Positions 54,236-63,207 of a stretch of DNA of 64,000 bases are shown here, piece by piece. Position numbers and translations under genes: made by a program. How positions within the stretch are numbered: position 1 is the stretch's first letter; every line of letters starts with the position of its first letter. The DNA lies in NCBI GenBank assembly GCA_964543655.1, contig CAZIZE010000009.1, forward strand, positions 9,533 to 73,532, written 5' to 3'. The notes below the pieces were generated by a model that was not told where the DNA came from, did no database searches, and was given only the letters and a program-made list of their open reading frames with translations. Source of the stretch: an uncultured bacterium. GTDB lineage: Bacteria; DYJV01.

Positions 54236-54679
54236 ATGAAATATCAGGAAGGAAATTTAGGTAGAGTTTTTATACTTAGATTAGAACATAATGAAATTGT
54301 CCATGAAGTTGTGGAAAATTTTGCAAAAGATAAAAATATAAAATCAGCTGCATTAATTGCTGTAGGTGGTGGCAATGAAGGTAGCAAAGTGGTTGTAGGT
54401 CCAGAAAATGGCAATTCAAAGCCAGTAAATCCAATGGAACATATTTTACAAAATGTGCATGAAATAGTTGGTACTGGTACACTTTTTCCTGATGAATCTG
54501 GTAATCCAATGCTTCATATGCACATGGCTTTTGGTAGAGAAAGCTCAACTGTTACTGGTTGTATTCGTAGAGGAGTGAAAGTGTGGCAAATCCTTGAAAT
54601 TATAATATTTGAAATTAATGGGATTAATGTAATGAGAAAATATAATAAAAGCTTTGGATTTCATTTATTAGAGCCTTAA
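54236..54679 (+). CDS. PPC domain (DUF296) protein
   Basis: 147 aa. GNLGRVFILRLEHNEIVHEVVENFAKDKNIKSAALIAVGG...GPEN fits the PPC/DUF296 core. AGGAGG RBS. 1-nt gap to pelG. Confidence 0.6.
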   Translation: MKYQEGNLGRVFILRLEHNEIVHEVVENFAKDKNIKSAALIAVGGGNEGSKVVVGPENGNSKPVNPMEHILQNVHEIVGTGTLFPDESGNPMLHMHMAFGRESSTVTGCIRRGVKVWQILEIIIFEINGINVMRKYNKSFGFHLLEP

Positions 54680-54680
54680 A

Positions 54681-56042
54681 ATGGCAGGAATAGGTTTTGA
54701 TTTAAGAAAAATTTTTTACACAGACAATAAGCTTGAAAAAGTAAAAGTTTCTATTCAGAGTCTTTTTATTACATCTGGTCCATGGATTATCTCTATTTTT
54801 ACAGTTGCAACTTTAAAAATTATAAATGAAACCTTTATGACTAAAGGTAATTTTAACATTTTTGTATCAGTAATTATTTACTCATTTGTCTTTAGCCTTA
54901 TCTTAAGCTCACCTGTTACAAATTTAGTTACACGATGCTCTTCTGATTTTATCTATCTTGAAAAATTTGACGAAATATTATCTATATTTTTTTCAGGATT
55001 TTTAATAGTGGGTATTATTTCATTTCTATCTGCGTTTCTATATATTCTTTATTTTACACCATTAAAAAATTACTCTTTCAGAATATCTTATCTTTTTACA
55101 TCACTAAATATTCTTTGGTTTATAATGGTTTTTGTTAGTATGTTAAAAGACCCTAAAAGAATAACTATAGCCTTTTTAATAGGTATGCTAATAATAATTT
55201 TTCTAAATTGGTTATACGCAAAAGGGAATCTATCAAAAAGCCTTGACTCTTTTACCATTGGTATCTGTTTTACATGTTACTATTTAATAGCCCTTCTTTT
55301 TAAGCAATTTGATTTTAACAAAAAGCTTAATTTCCAGTGGCTTTTCGAATTTAAATATTATCCACTTGTGCTAAGTGGCTTATTTCTATATTTAGGAATG
55401 TGGGCGGATAAAATAATTTATTGGTTTTTTTCAAATAAATCAGTTGAGGTGGCAAAAGGATTTTATTTCTTCCCGGTTTATGATTTTGCAATTTTTCTCT
55501 CTTATCTTACAATTATTCCAACAACAGCTTTTTTTGTAATATTTATTGAAACCACCTTTTATGAAACACAAAGAGCCTATTTAACTCTTGTGGAGAGAAA
55601 TGGCACTCTTGATGAGATTAGAGAAAAAGAAGAAAAATTAATAGTTGATTTTTACAAATCTATAATAAACCTCATATATTTTCAATCATTTATAGCAATT
55701 ATTTTTATATTTTTTGTACCTATTTTACTTGACCATTTTAATATAGTGGTTGAAAGTATTCCTCTTCTTCGAATTGCTGTGCTTTCAGCAACACTTCAAA
55801 TAATTTTAAATATTATCATTATTTTTCTCTACTACTTTGACTATCAGAAAGAAACTCTTTTTATTGCACTTTGTTTATTTTTCTCTAATACAATAATTTC
55901 ATTTTATATGAAAGATATGCCTTTTGAATATACTGGCTTTTCATATTTTATTTCTCTTGTTATCACAAATATTATAGCATTTGTAATTGCACAGTTTAAA
56001 TTAAGTAATGTTACATATTTTATTTTAATGAAAAACAGCTAA
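54681..56042 (+). CDS. pelG: Pel exopolysaccharide export/biosynthesis membrane protein PelG-like (MATE/MOP-like, 12 TM)
   Basis: N-terminus MAGIGFDLRKIF...SGPWIISI closely parallels the PelG N-terminus (MAGIGFELRK...SGPW). 453 aa polytopic membrane protein. Confidence 0.65.
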   Translation: MAGIGFDLRKIFYTDNKLEKVKVSIQSLFITSGPWIISIFTVATLKIINETFMTKGNFNIFVSVIIYSFVFSLILSSPVTNLVTRCSSDFIYLEKFDEILSIFFSGFLIVGIISFLSAFLYILYFTPLKNYSFRISYLFTSLNILWFIMVFVSMLKDPKRITIAFLIGMLIIIFLNWLYAKGNLSKSLDSFTIGICFTCYYLIALLFKQFDFNKKLNFQWLFEFKYYPLVLSGLFLYLGMWADKIIYWFFSNKSVEVAKGFYFFPVYDFAIFLSYLTIIPTTAFFVIFIETTFYETQRAYLTLVERNGTLDEIREKEEKLIVDFYKSIINLIYFQSFIAIIFIFFVPILLDHFNIVVESIPLLRIAVLSATLQIILNIIIIFLYYFDYQKETLFIALCLFFSNTIISFYMKDMPFEYTGFSYFISLVITNIIAFVIAQFKLSNVTYFILMKNS

Positions 56043-57857
56043 CTTACCTGTTGACGCATTGCCAAGTGTAACATAGGTTACATTCAACTTTTTATTGTAA
56101 TGGACAGATTTTACGTTAAAAATTTTTTTTATTTTTACTTTTCCCTGAAACCTGAACTCTTTTAACCATTTTGCATTTTCTATAAAAAAAACATTTTTAT
56201 TACTCTTAAATATTTTTACATTGTAAAAATTCTCTACTATTTTTATAAATTCTGAAGGGAAAATATTTGCAAGAATATCTTTATTTTTCATTAAATAATT
56301 ATAAATTGTAACAAGTGCTCTGTATGATGCAAGCTTTGCCAAGGAATAGAAATGGTAGTAAAGATTAATCGGTTTTATTCTAATGGGGAATCCTGTATTT
56401 TTAAAAGTTTCTATTACATTTACAAAACCCCAAAAATTAGAAGACCAGAGCTCTGTGTAAACATTTTCATTAGAATCTGATGAATATATCTGTCTCAGAC
56501 CATTAACATATCTACCAAGAGGTGTTACAAAAGCATAGGAGTTATGCTTTAAATCAAAAAAAGTATCACCATTATTAAAAGCAAACAAATGATTTTTCTT
56601 TACAATCTCAAGATCCTTTTTTGTTGGCATACAATCACCAGACCAGTAGATAACCTTTACCTTTTTAGATTTAGGAGTAAATTTATTAAGATACTTTATT
56701 GAGCCAAGAATTTCAAATTCATGATCAATTTCACCAGAAGGTGGTAAATAAGCCTTTATATGCTCACCTTCATTAGTACCATAATAAGCTATTTGCTCTT
56801 TTGCACCTTTTTTCCTATATGCAGTTAATCCCCTATGCCAATCTAATGGATGAGTATAGGTATGTGATGCAGGCTCAACATTTGGTAAAGCATAAATTTC
56901 TCTTACAACTTTCTGAACTCTTTTATTACCCTTATACTCCGGGTCTATATCAGCTGCAATAAAAGAGACTCCTGTTTTAAAAGGATAAACTTTTCCTATT
57001 TTTTCATACCAGACCTCACCGCAAATATCACCATGTATAACTTCACTTTTTGACAAAACTCCATCACCATCAAGATGAATGTATAAAATCCTTCTGCCAT
57101 TTATTGTAGTTGTTTCTGGCACTGGATAATCAGTATTAAAAATCATTTGTACAAATTTAAATGGATTAATCAGCCATTTCTGAATTTTACCATTATTTTT
57201 AGAGTAAAAAATTTTATTCCCCTTTGCAAAACCACCCCAATTTGCAATAAAAACAGGATATGAGAAGAGCTCTTTACCATTATCATTATATTCTAACTTT
57301 AAAAGTGGAGTAATTTTACTTCTATCAATTAAAATATTATCAAAAGTCCCTAAAATAAAAGGTGTTAATTTTAGCTCAAAATCAAAAATATCTGCTTTTT
57401 TTTGAATTTTAATTTTATCTATACTATTAGACCAATAATTTCCATAATAAAATCCAAAGTTATTTTTTAATAATTTATTGATTTTGTGGGTAAAATCTTT
57501 ATGTCCACCAATAACAGGCAGGTCACCAAGAAGTAAAATTTTTTTATTGATTCTATTTTTTATTAACCATTTGTAAAAATAAATCGGATTTTTTAATTTA
57601 TTAGATGATGACCAGTAAACAATCCCTGAATATTTTGAAGTGTTTTCTGGTAAATTATTTGCATCAAAATAATCACAATAGTAACCGTAATAGTTTAAAA
57701 CAACTTCAAGCCTTTGCTGAATATTGTTGTAAAAAGAATCCTCTTTTTGCAATGAATTATATAGGCAAATTAAATTTCTGTTTATAAAAACATCTTTTGC
57801 ATAAAGAGGATTACATATTGTTATTAGTATAAACAAAACTTTTACTATCTTCATCAT
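56025..57857 (-). CDS. Secreted CE4-type polysaccharide deacetylase-domain protein (PelA deacetylase-half-like)
   Basis: Signal peptide MMKIVKVLFILITICNPLYA. CE4 motifs ILYIHLDGDG (motif 1-like) and SHTYTHP (motif 2, H-[ST]-x-x-H-P). 610 aa. Confidence 0.5.
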   Translation of the reverse strand: MMKIVKVLFILITICNPLYAKDVFINRNLICLYNSLQKEDSFYNNIQQRLEVVLNYYGYYCDYFDANNLPENTSKYSGIVYWSSSNKLKNPIYFYKWLIKNRINKKILLLGDLPVIGGHKDFTHKINKLLKNNFGFYYGNYWSNSIDKIKIQKKADIFDFELKLTPFILGTFDNILIDRSKITPLLKLEYNDNGKELFSYPVFIANWGGFAKGNKIFYSKNNGKIQKWLINPFKFVQMIFNTDYPVPETTTINGRRILYIHLDGDGVLSKSEVIHGDICGEVWYEKIGKVYPFKTGVSFIAADIDPEYKGNKRVQKVVREIYALPNVEPASHTYTHPLDWHRGLTAYRKKGAKEQIAYYGTNEGEHIKAYLPPSGEIDHEFEILGSIKYLNKFTPKSKKVKVIYWSGDCMPTKKDLEIVKKNHLFAFNNGDTFFDLKHNSYAFVTPLGRYVNGLRQIYSSDSNENVYTELWSSNFWGFVNVIETFKNTGFPIRIKPINLYYHFYSLAKLASYRALVTIYNYLMKNKDILANIFPSEFIKIVENFYNVKIFKSNKNVFFIENAKWLKEFRFQGKVKIKKIFNVKSVHYNKKLNVTYVTLGNASTGKLAVFH

Positions 57858-58617
57858 ACCTTATTTTAGGGAGCTTTTGCAGAGAAATATCAGACACAAA
57901 AGGTTTATAGCCTAATTTAAGAGCTTTTTTATAAATTTTTTCTATTGTTTTAATATCATTTAAGTACCAATAATCAACACTAAATTCTTCAACCTTTTTA
58001 TTAAATTGATACCTTTTATTTAAATTTAAAAATGAATATTTTTGAGTTTTAAAATTGTAAGTTGTAATTGTAGATTCTAATAGAATTGCATCTATATCCA
58101 CCATATTTGCAATTGCAAAGCCTCTATTTAACATTAATTTAATATGGGGAAAACGTTTTTTAATTGAATTTATAAATTTAATTATCAATCCTTTATCTTC
58201 ATGATTCAATAACAATGAATCAACAGTATCAAGAAAAATCCCATTATAACCTTTAGCAAGCACTGAAGGAATTATGTAATTTATAACAAAATCTTGCCAC
58301 TTACCTGATTTTAAAGATACATAGTAAGCACCTTTCCAATTTTTATTTTCTTTTAAAAGCACTCCCATATTTTTAACAAATTTAAAATAGTCTCTATAAT
58401 TTTCAACTTCACCAATGCTAACATACCCATATTTGTATGCTTTTAACCCAAAAACATAATTATAGTGATCAGGATCAAGAACAACCACCTTAAAATTATT
58501 AAGATAATTTATACTTGCATTGTCACCATAATAAATTAAAAAAGGTGATCTGGCAAATAGATTACAAATGCAAAAAAGAAAAGTTAAAATCAATGTAGTA
58601 AATTTTAAATATTTCAT
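57811..58617 (-). CDS. Secreted GH114-like glycoside hydrolase (PelA hydrolase-half-like, TM1410-type)
   Basis: Signal peptide, then SPFLIYYGDN...FKVVVLDPD...YVSIGE, the GH114/TM1410-family pattern. 268 aa. Overlaps the deacetylase ORF by 47 nt in another frame. Confidence 0.5.
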   Translation of the reverse strand: MKYLKFTTLILTFLFCICNLFARSPFLIYYGDNASINYLNNFKVVVLDPDHYNYVFGLKAYKYGYVSIGEVENYRDYFKFVKNMGVLLKENKNWKGAYYVSLKSGKWQDFVINYIIPSVLAKGYNGIFLDTVDSLLLNHEDKGLIIKFINSIKKRFPHIKLMLNRGFAIANMVDIDAILLESTITTYNFKTQKYSFLNLNKRYQFNKKVEEFSVDYWYLNDIKTIEKIYKKALKLGYKPFVSDISLQKLPKIRYDEDSKSFVYTNNNM

Positions 58618-58660
58618 AAAAAAACTTTACCAATAAACTTAAAAATCTTCAAGATATTTG

Positions 58661-58689
58661 TTGAAATTTTTTATAAAAACAAATATAAT
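58661..58689 (+). promoter_or_regulatory. Sigma70 consensus promoter (TTGAAA-17-TATAAT) for the pelB-like gene
   Basis: TTGAAA at 58661-58666, 17-nt spacer, TATAAT at 58684-58689. The ATG at 58697 lies about 7-8 nt downstream, implying a leaderless or very short-leader transcript. Confidence 0.4.
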
Positions 58690-58696
58690 AGCAAAA

Positions 58697-61600
58697 ATGA
58701 AAATAAGTTATTATTTTTACATATTTATTATCATAATTTCCTTCCTCGCCTTTATATTTTTCCCTCAAAATACTGAATTAATATATGTTTATCAAAAGGC
58801 AGGGGATTACAAAAGCTTATCAAAAATTTACAAACGCACCTTAAAAAGACAATACTCCAAAGATATTCATAAAAAATATATTAATACACTTATGAAATTA
58901 AATTCTCCTTTATTAGCAAAAGAAGCTGTTAAATATATAAAAAGATACCATGATATAAAATTATTAAATAAAGTTATTAATTACACTTTATCCAAAAAGG
59001 ATTATAAAAATTACACTGAACTTTTAAATCAGGGCTTTCTACTAACAGGCAAAGTAAAATATTTGCAAAAGTTAATTGATTTCTATAGTTTCAAACATAA
59101 GAGAAAAGAATTAATATTTACATTAAAAAAAGCATACAATTTTACAAAAAATCAAAAGTTTTTATATGCTCTTTATAATCTTGGAGAAAAAAAATTTGTT
59201 ATTAACATCTTTTTACAAAATATAGATAATCTTTCAAGCAAAGAGATAAACCTTGTAAAAGCTTTCTATTTGGAAAATAAAGATTACAACAATTATTTAA
59301 ATTTCCTTGATTCATTATATAGCAAAACAAAAAATTTTTCTTACTTAATAGAAAAAATGAATTTACTTAGCTTTTTACACAGGCAAAAAGAATTAATAGC
59401 CACATTAAAAAAATTATACAAATTAACCAAAAACATAAAATACCTTGACACTATTTATGCTCTTGGAGATAAAAAGTTTACTATTTCTGAATATGAAAAA
59501 AATATAAAAAATTTAAATAGAGAACAGCTTTCTCAACTTTACAAATATTATCTATGGAATGGTAAATTTAAAAAAGTCATATCTTTAATTAAAAATTATA
59601 TTGGCTTTGATAATTTGACTTTAGAGGAAGAGAAAGAGTATGTTGGATTGCTAACATACTATGCAAAAGATAAAGAATTGATAAATTTTTACAAAAAAAA
59701 GTATAGCACAACTCATAAAATCAAATTTTTAATAAAGCTTGCAGATGCTTACGATTATTATGGTTATCCCCAAAAAGCTGCTAAAGTTTATTTTAAAATT
59801 TTTACATTAACTCATAGAGAAAAGTATATTGATAAAATTATATCAATTTATCTTGCTCTTGGAGATTATAATAATTTTTTAAAATATTCTTTAATAAAAT
59901 TGAAAAACTTCTATTCTGACAAATTGTTAAAGGAAACAGTTTCACTTTTAATAAATTTAAATAAATTTGATAAAGCAGTAAAATTAACTGAAAAATATAT
60001 TAATAGGTCACCTGAATTATTCCACTTTCTTGCAACATTATACTTTTCAATTAATGCTCCACAGAAAGCTCTAAACCTTTTATTAAAGTATCCTCCAGAA
60101 AAATTAACAAAATCAGAATTAAGCTTTGTTGCAACTTCTAAGAAAATTTCTCCAGAACTTTTTCCATATTTAATCAGTTATTATAAAATTACTAAGGAAA
60201 AATATTTCATTGATAGAATATTAAAATTTTATGCTGAAAAAGGAGCTTTCTATAAATATAATAGGTTATTTAAAAGATTTTATGGTAAAATAAATGAAAA
60301 AAATTATTTAAAATATTTTGAGCTTATCCCTGACAGATTTAAAAAATTCAAAATTGATGAAGCCAAAAGGTTAATAATTGCAAGCTTTAACATAAAATTA
60401 ATAAACAATCTGAGTATGTATCTAATGGGAGAAAATGAGCAAATTGCATCAATGAAAGGATTTAAAAAGGTCTTATTTTTTGATAAAAATAATTTAACTG
60501 CACTTGAGCAACTTGGAAAGATATATTATTGGCAGAAAAATTTTTCCAAAGCATTAAAAATTTTCTTAAAGTATAATCAGTTAAACCCCTACAATCCTAT
60601 TATAAATTTTTATATTGGTGATATTCTATATAATAAAAAATTCTACAAAAAAGCAAAGAAGTATTTCAATTTTGTAGTAAAAAATATCAAAAAAGACTCA
60701 CTTGAAAATAGAATGATATACCTTAAAGCTTATGTTTATCTCCATGGTATAAATGATGTTATTAATGAGTATAGAGAAGTTGTTAAAGAAAGTGGATACA
60801 ACAGAGATGTTTATGCTGACTTTATTGATGCACTATATTTTTCTCACAGGTATGATTTGTTAGAAAAAGAGTATAAAAAATTTAAAAAAATGGGAGAAAA
60901 ATATACCAAATTTATAAGATTATTGAGACTCTTTGCAGCTTATTATATTGATATAGGAGAGTTTAAAAAAGCTAAAATGTTACTTGACAAAGCACTTGCA
61001 ATTATAAAAAAATATAAAATTAAAAATTCTGCAATTTATGCTGATTATGGGTACCTGTACTATAGTGAAAGCAATCGTGTCAAAGCTCTAAAATATTACC
61101 AGAAAGCGCATAAAGTTAACCCTAAGAATAGGGACATTTCATACACTATAGATGAATTAAAAGATTTTCTCCATAGAAATATTACCATTTCAACATCAGT
61201 AAAAAATAGGGTGCATGCAAAAAGAGTAACTTTAAACATACCTGTTAACAATAAATACTGGCTTGGAGTTAGCTATAATCAGTACGATAATAAGAAAACA
61301 GAAATTTATTTCAAATTTCAAGATATTAATAAAACTAAATATCTATTTGAATTTGGTAAAAATTATTTCAATGTTAATTTAGGACATTTTTATAAATTCT
61401 TTTTAAAAAAAGCACTTTATACTGCTTATGAAGACGCTATTAAAGAAAGTATGAAAGAGATTAAAATTGGCTTTAGCATGGAAAAAAATTTACGTAAATT
61501 CAATAATAGTAGCATTAATTTAAATATTAGCAAAAATCTTTATAAAAATAAACATGGAAAAGTTGCTTCTACTTTCAATGTTGATACATCGCTTTCATAT

Positions 61601-61927
61601 CCATTAAAAAATGACACCTACCTGATTACAGGTTTTAGCTATGTAAAAACAGGTTATTACAATTCAAAAAAATCAAATGTATTTTTTGATGATTATAGGG
61701 CAATCAACTTTTTTATTACAAAATATTTTCAAAAAGAAAGGAGAAAATTTAACTGGGATATAACTGTTGGCACGGTTTATGATTTAATTTCAAGCAAGTA
61801 CAATTATGCTGGTTCTTTCAATTTAAACTACAATAAAAATATTAATTTTGAATATAACTTATATTACGACACTTTCTCAAAAGAGCAGGTTGAAATGTGG
61901 CAGTTTAACTGGAGGATAAAGTTTTAA
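58697..61927 (+). CDS. pelB: PelB-like outer-membrane scaffold/porin (N-terminal anchor, long TPR-like solenoid, C-terminal beta-barrel)
   Basis: About 1076 aa from ATG 58697 (the ORF track starts at TTG 58658). N-terminal MKISYYFYIFIIIISFLAF anchor and many Y/L/K-rich TPR-like repeats. C-terminal about 250 aa of alternating amphipathic strands ending ...WQFNWRIKF (terminal Phe, OMP signature). Confidence 0.5.
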   Translation: MKISYYFYIFIIIISFLAFIFFPQNTELIYVYQKAGDYKSLSKIYKRTLKRQYSKDIHKKYINTLMKLNSPLLAKEAVKYIKRYHDIKLLNKVINYTLSKKDYKNYTELLNQGFLLTGKVKYLQKLIDFYSFKHKRKELIFTLKKAYNFTKNQKFLYALYNLGEKKFVINIFLQNIDNLSSKEINLVKAFYLENKDYNNYLNFLDSLYSKTKNFSYLIEKMNLLSFLHRQKELIATLKKLYKLTKNIKYLDTIYALGDKKFTISEYEKNIKNLNREQLSQLYKYYLWNGKFKKVISLIKNYIGFDNLTLEEEKEYVGLLTYYAKDKELINFYKKKYSTTHKIKFLIKLADAYDYYGYPQKAAKVYFKIFTLTHREKYIDKIISIYLALGDYNNFLKYSLIKLKNFYSDKLLKETVSLLINLNKFDKAVKLTEKYINRSPELFHFLATLYFSINAPQKALNLLLKYPPEKLTKSELSFVATSKKISPELFPYLISYYKITKEKYFIDRILKFYAEKGAFYKYNRLFKRFYGKINEKNYLKYFELIPDRFKKFKIDEAKRLIIASFNIKLINNLSMYLMGENEQIASMKGFKKVLFFDKNNLTALEQLGKIYYWQKNFSKALKIFLKYNQLNPYNPIINFYIGDILYNKKFYKKAKKYFNFVVKNIKKDSLENRMIYLKAYVYLHGINDVINEYREVVKESGYNRDVYADFIDALYFSHRYDLLEKEYKKFKKMGEKYTKFIRLLRLFAAYYIDIGEFKKAKMLLDKALAIIKKYKIKNSAIYADYGYLYYSESNRVKALKYYQKAHKVNPKNRDISYTIDELKDFLHRNITISTSVKNRVHAKRVTLNIPVNNKYWLGVSYNQYDNKKTEIYFKFQDINKTKYLFEFGKNYFNVNLGHFYKFFLKKALYTAYEDAIKESMKEIKIGFSMEKNLRKFNNSSINLNISKNLYKNKHGKVASTFNVDTSLSYPLKNDTYLITGFSYVKTGYYNSKKSNVFFDDYRAINFFITKYFQKERRKFNWDITVGTVYDLISSKYNYAGSFNLNYNKNINFEYNLYYDTFSKEQVEMWQFNWRIKF

Positions 61928-63205
61928 ATGGAAAACTACCTTTTTTTTTCAATAAATTTTATTTTAATTCCTATTATTATTTTATGCAGTTTCTATTTTA
62001 ACACAAAAAAAGCTTTTACAATTACATTCATTTTGTTCATTATTTTAATATATTTTGGAATTTTAAATTTCAATTTTAACTCAAATTCTTACTATTTTCA
62101 AATTTACAAAAATTTTTTTCCACCTTTTCTTCTTATGATAATTTTCTTTATAATTTCATTTTATTCAAGGAAAAATAGGCTATTAATTGAAAATTTAAAT
62201 GAAACAATAAAAGAGGTTGAAGAAAAATATAAAGAGCTTGGAAAAAAATTAAAACAGGTTGAGGAAAGCAGAGAAATTCTTGAAAAAAGAATATTAAGAG
62301 GAGAAGATTTTTCTATAAAACTTTATGATGCAATTGCAACTTTATCTACATTAAATGCAGAAGAGATAAAAATTGAGTTGCTCAGAATAACAAATGAATT
62401 TATCAATGCAAATGCTCTTGCTTATTATGATTTTGAAAACAGAAAATTTCTAATTAAATATAGGAAGAATCTTGAAAGAAATATTTTACCTGTTATTACA
62501 TCTAAAAGTCAAATTTATGACAAGTTTATTAAAAGTGAATCAATACTTACAATAAAAGATGAATTAAAGGATAATAAACACAATATTTTATTAGCAGGAA
62601 TTTTAAGAAAAAAGGATAAAAATATTCTTGGTGCTATACTTGTTTTTGATATTAATTTTGTTGACCTTAATTATTTAAATATTAGTCTCTTTCAAATGAT
62701 ATGTAAATGGGGCGCCATTGAAATAGAAAAAGCATTACAACTTGCAGTATATCAAGCTGAATTTATAAAATTTAGTGGCACTGAAATATTTAACTTTGTT
62801 TATTTTTCTCAAATTATTAATGCAGAATTCTATAAAACCAAAAGATACAATGCATACTTTTCAATGATTAATCTTATTTTAATTGACGCAGATAAAATTG
62901 TAGAAGAAAATAAAACAGAGCTAATAAAACAGATTGGGTTAATAATAAAGAAAAATATAAGAATCTGCGACTATATATTTTTTAATGATGTAAAACATGA
63001 CAGATTTATACTCCTTTTACCTTTTACTGATAAAAAAGGTGCTGAAAATCTTGTTAAACAAATTCAATATTTTATTCTGAATGCAGATATTTATCCATAC
63101 TATGATACAACAAAGCAACTAAAAATAGAATTTGAAATATTATTCATAGATAAAAATGTTTCTGAAGATGAGTTTTCTAATATTTTAATTAATCAGGCTA
63201 TTTAA
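61928..63205 (+). CDS. pelD: PelD-like inner-membrane c-di-GMP receptor (TM helices, GAF-like domain, degenerate GGDEF domain)
   Basis: Four N-terminal TM helices, coiled-coil, then a GGDEF-like fold without GGDEF but with an I-site-like RICD (RxxD). 1-nt gap to pelB. Confidence 0.45.
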   Translation: MENYLFFSINFILIPIIILCSFYFNTKKAFTITFILFIILIYFGILNFNFNSNSYYFQIYKNFFPPFLLMIIFFIISFYSRKNRLLIENLNETIKEVEEKYKELGKKLKQVEESREILEKRILRGEDFSIKLYDAIATLSTLNAEEIKIELLRITNEFINANALAYYDFENRKFLIKYRKNLERNILPVITSKSQIYDKFIKSESILTIKDELKDNKHNILLAGILRKKDKNILGAILVFDINFVDLNYLNISLFQMICKWGAIEIEKALQLAVYQAEFIKFSGTEIFNFVYFSQIINAEFYKTKRYNAYFSMINLILIDADKIVEENKTELIKQIGLIIKKNIRICDYIFFNDVKHDRFILLLPFTDKKGAENLVKQIQYFILNADIYPYYDTTKQLKIEFEILFIDKNVSEDEFSNILINQAI

Positions 63206-63207
63206 AA

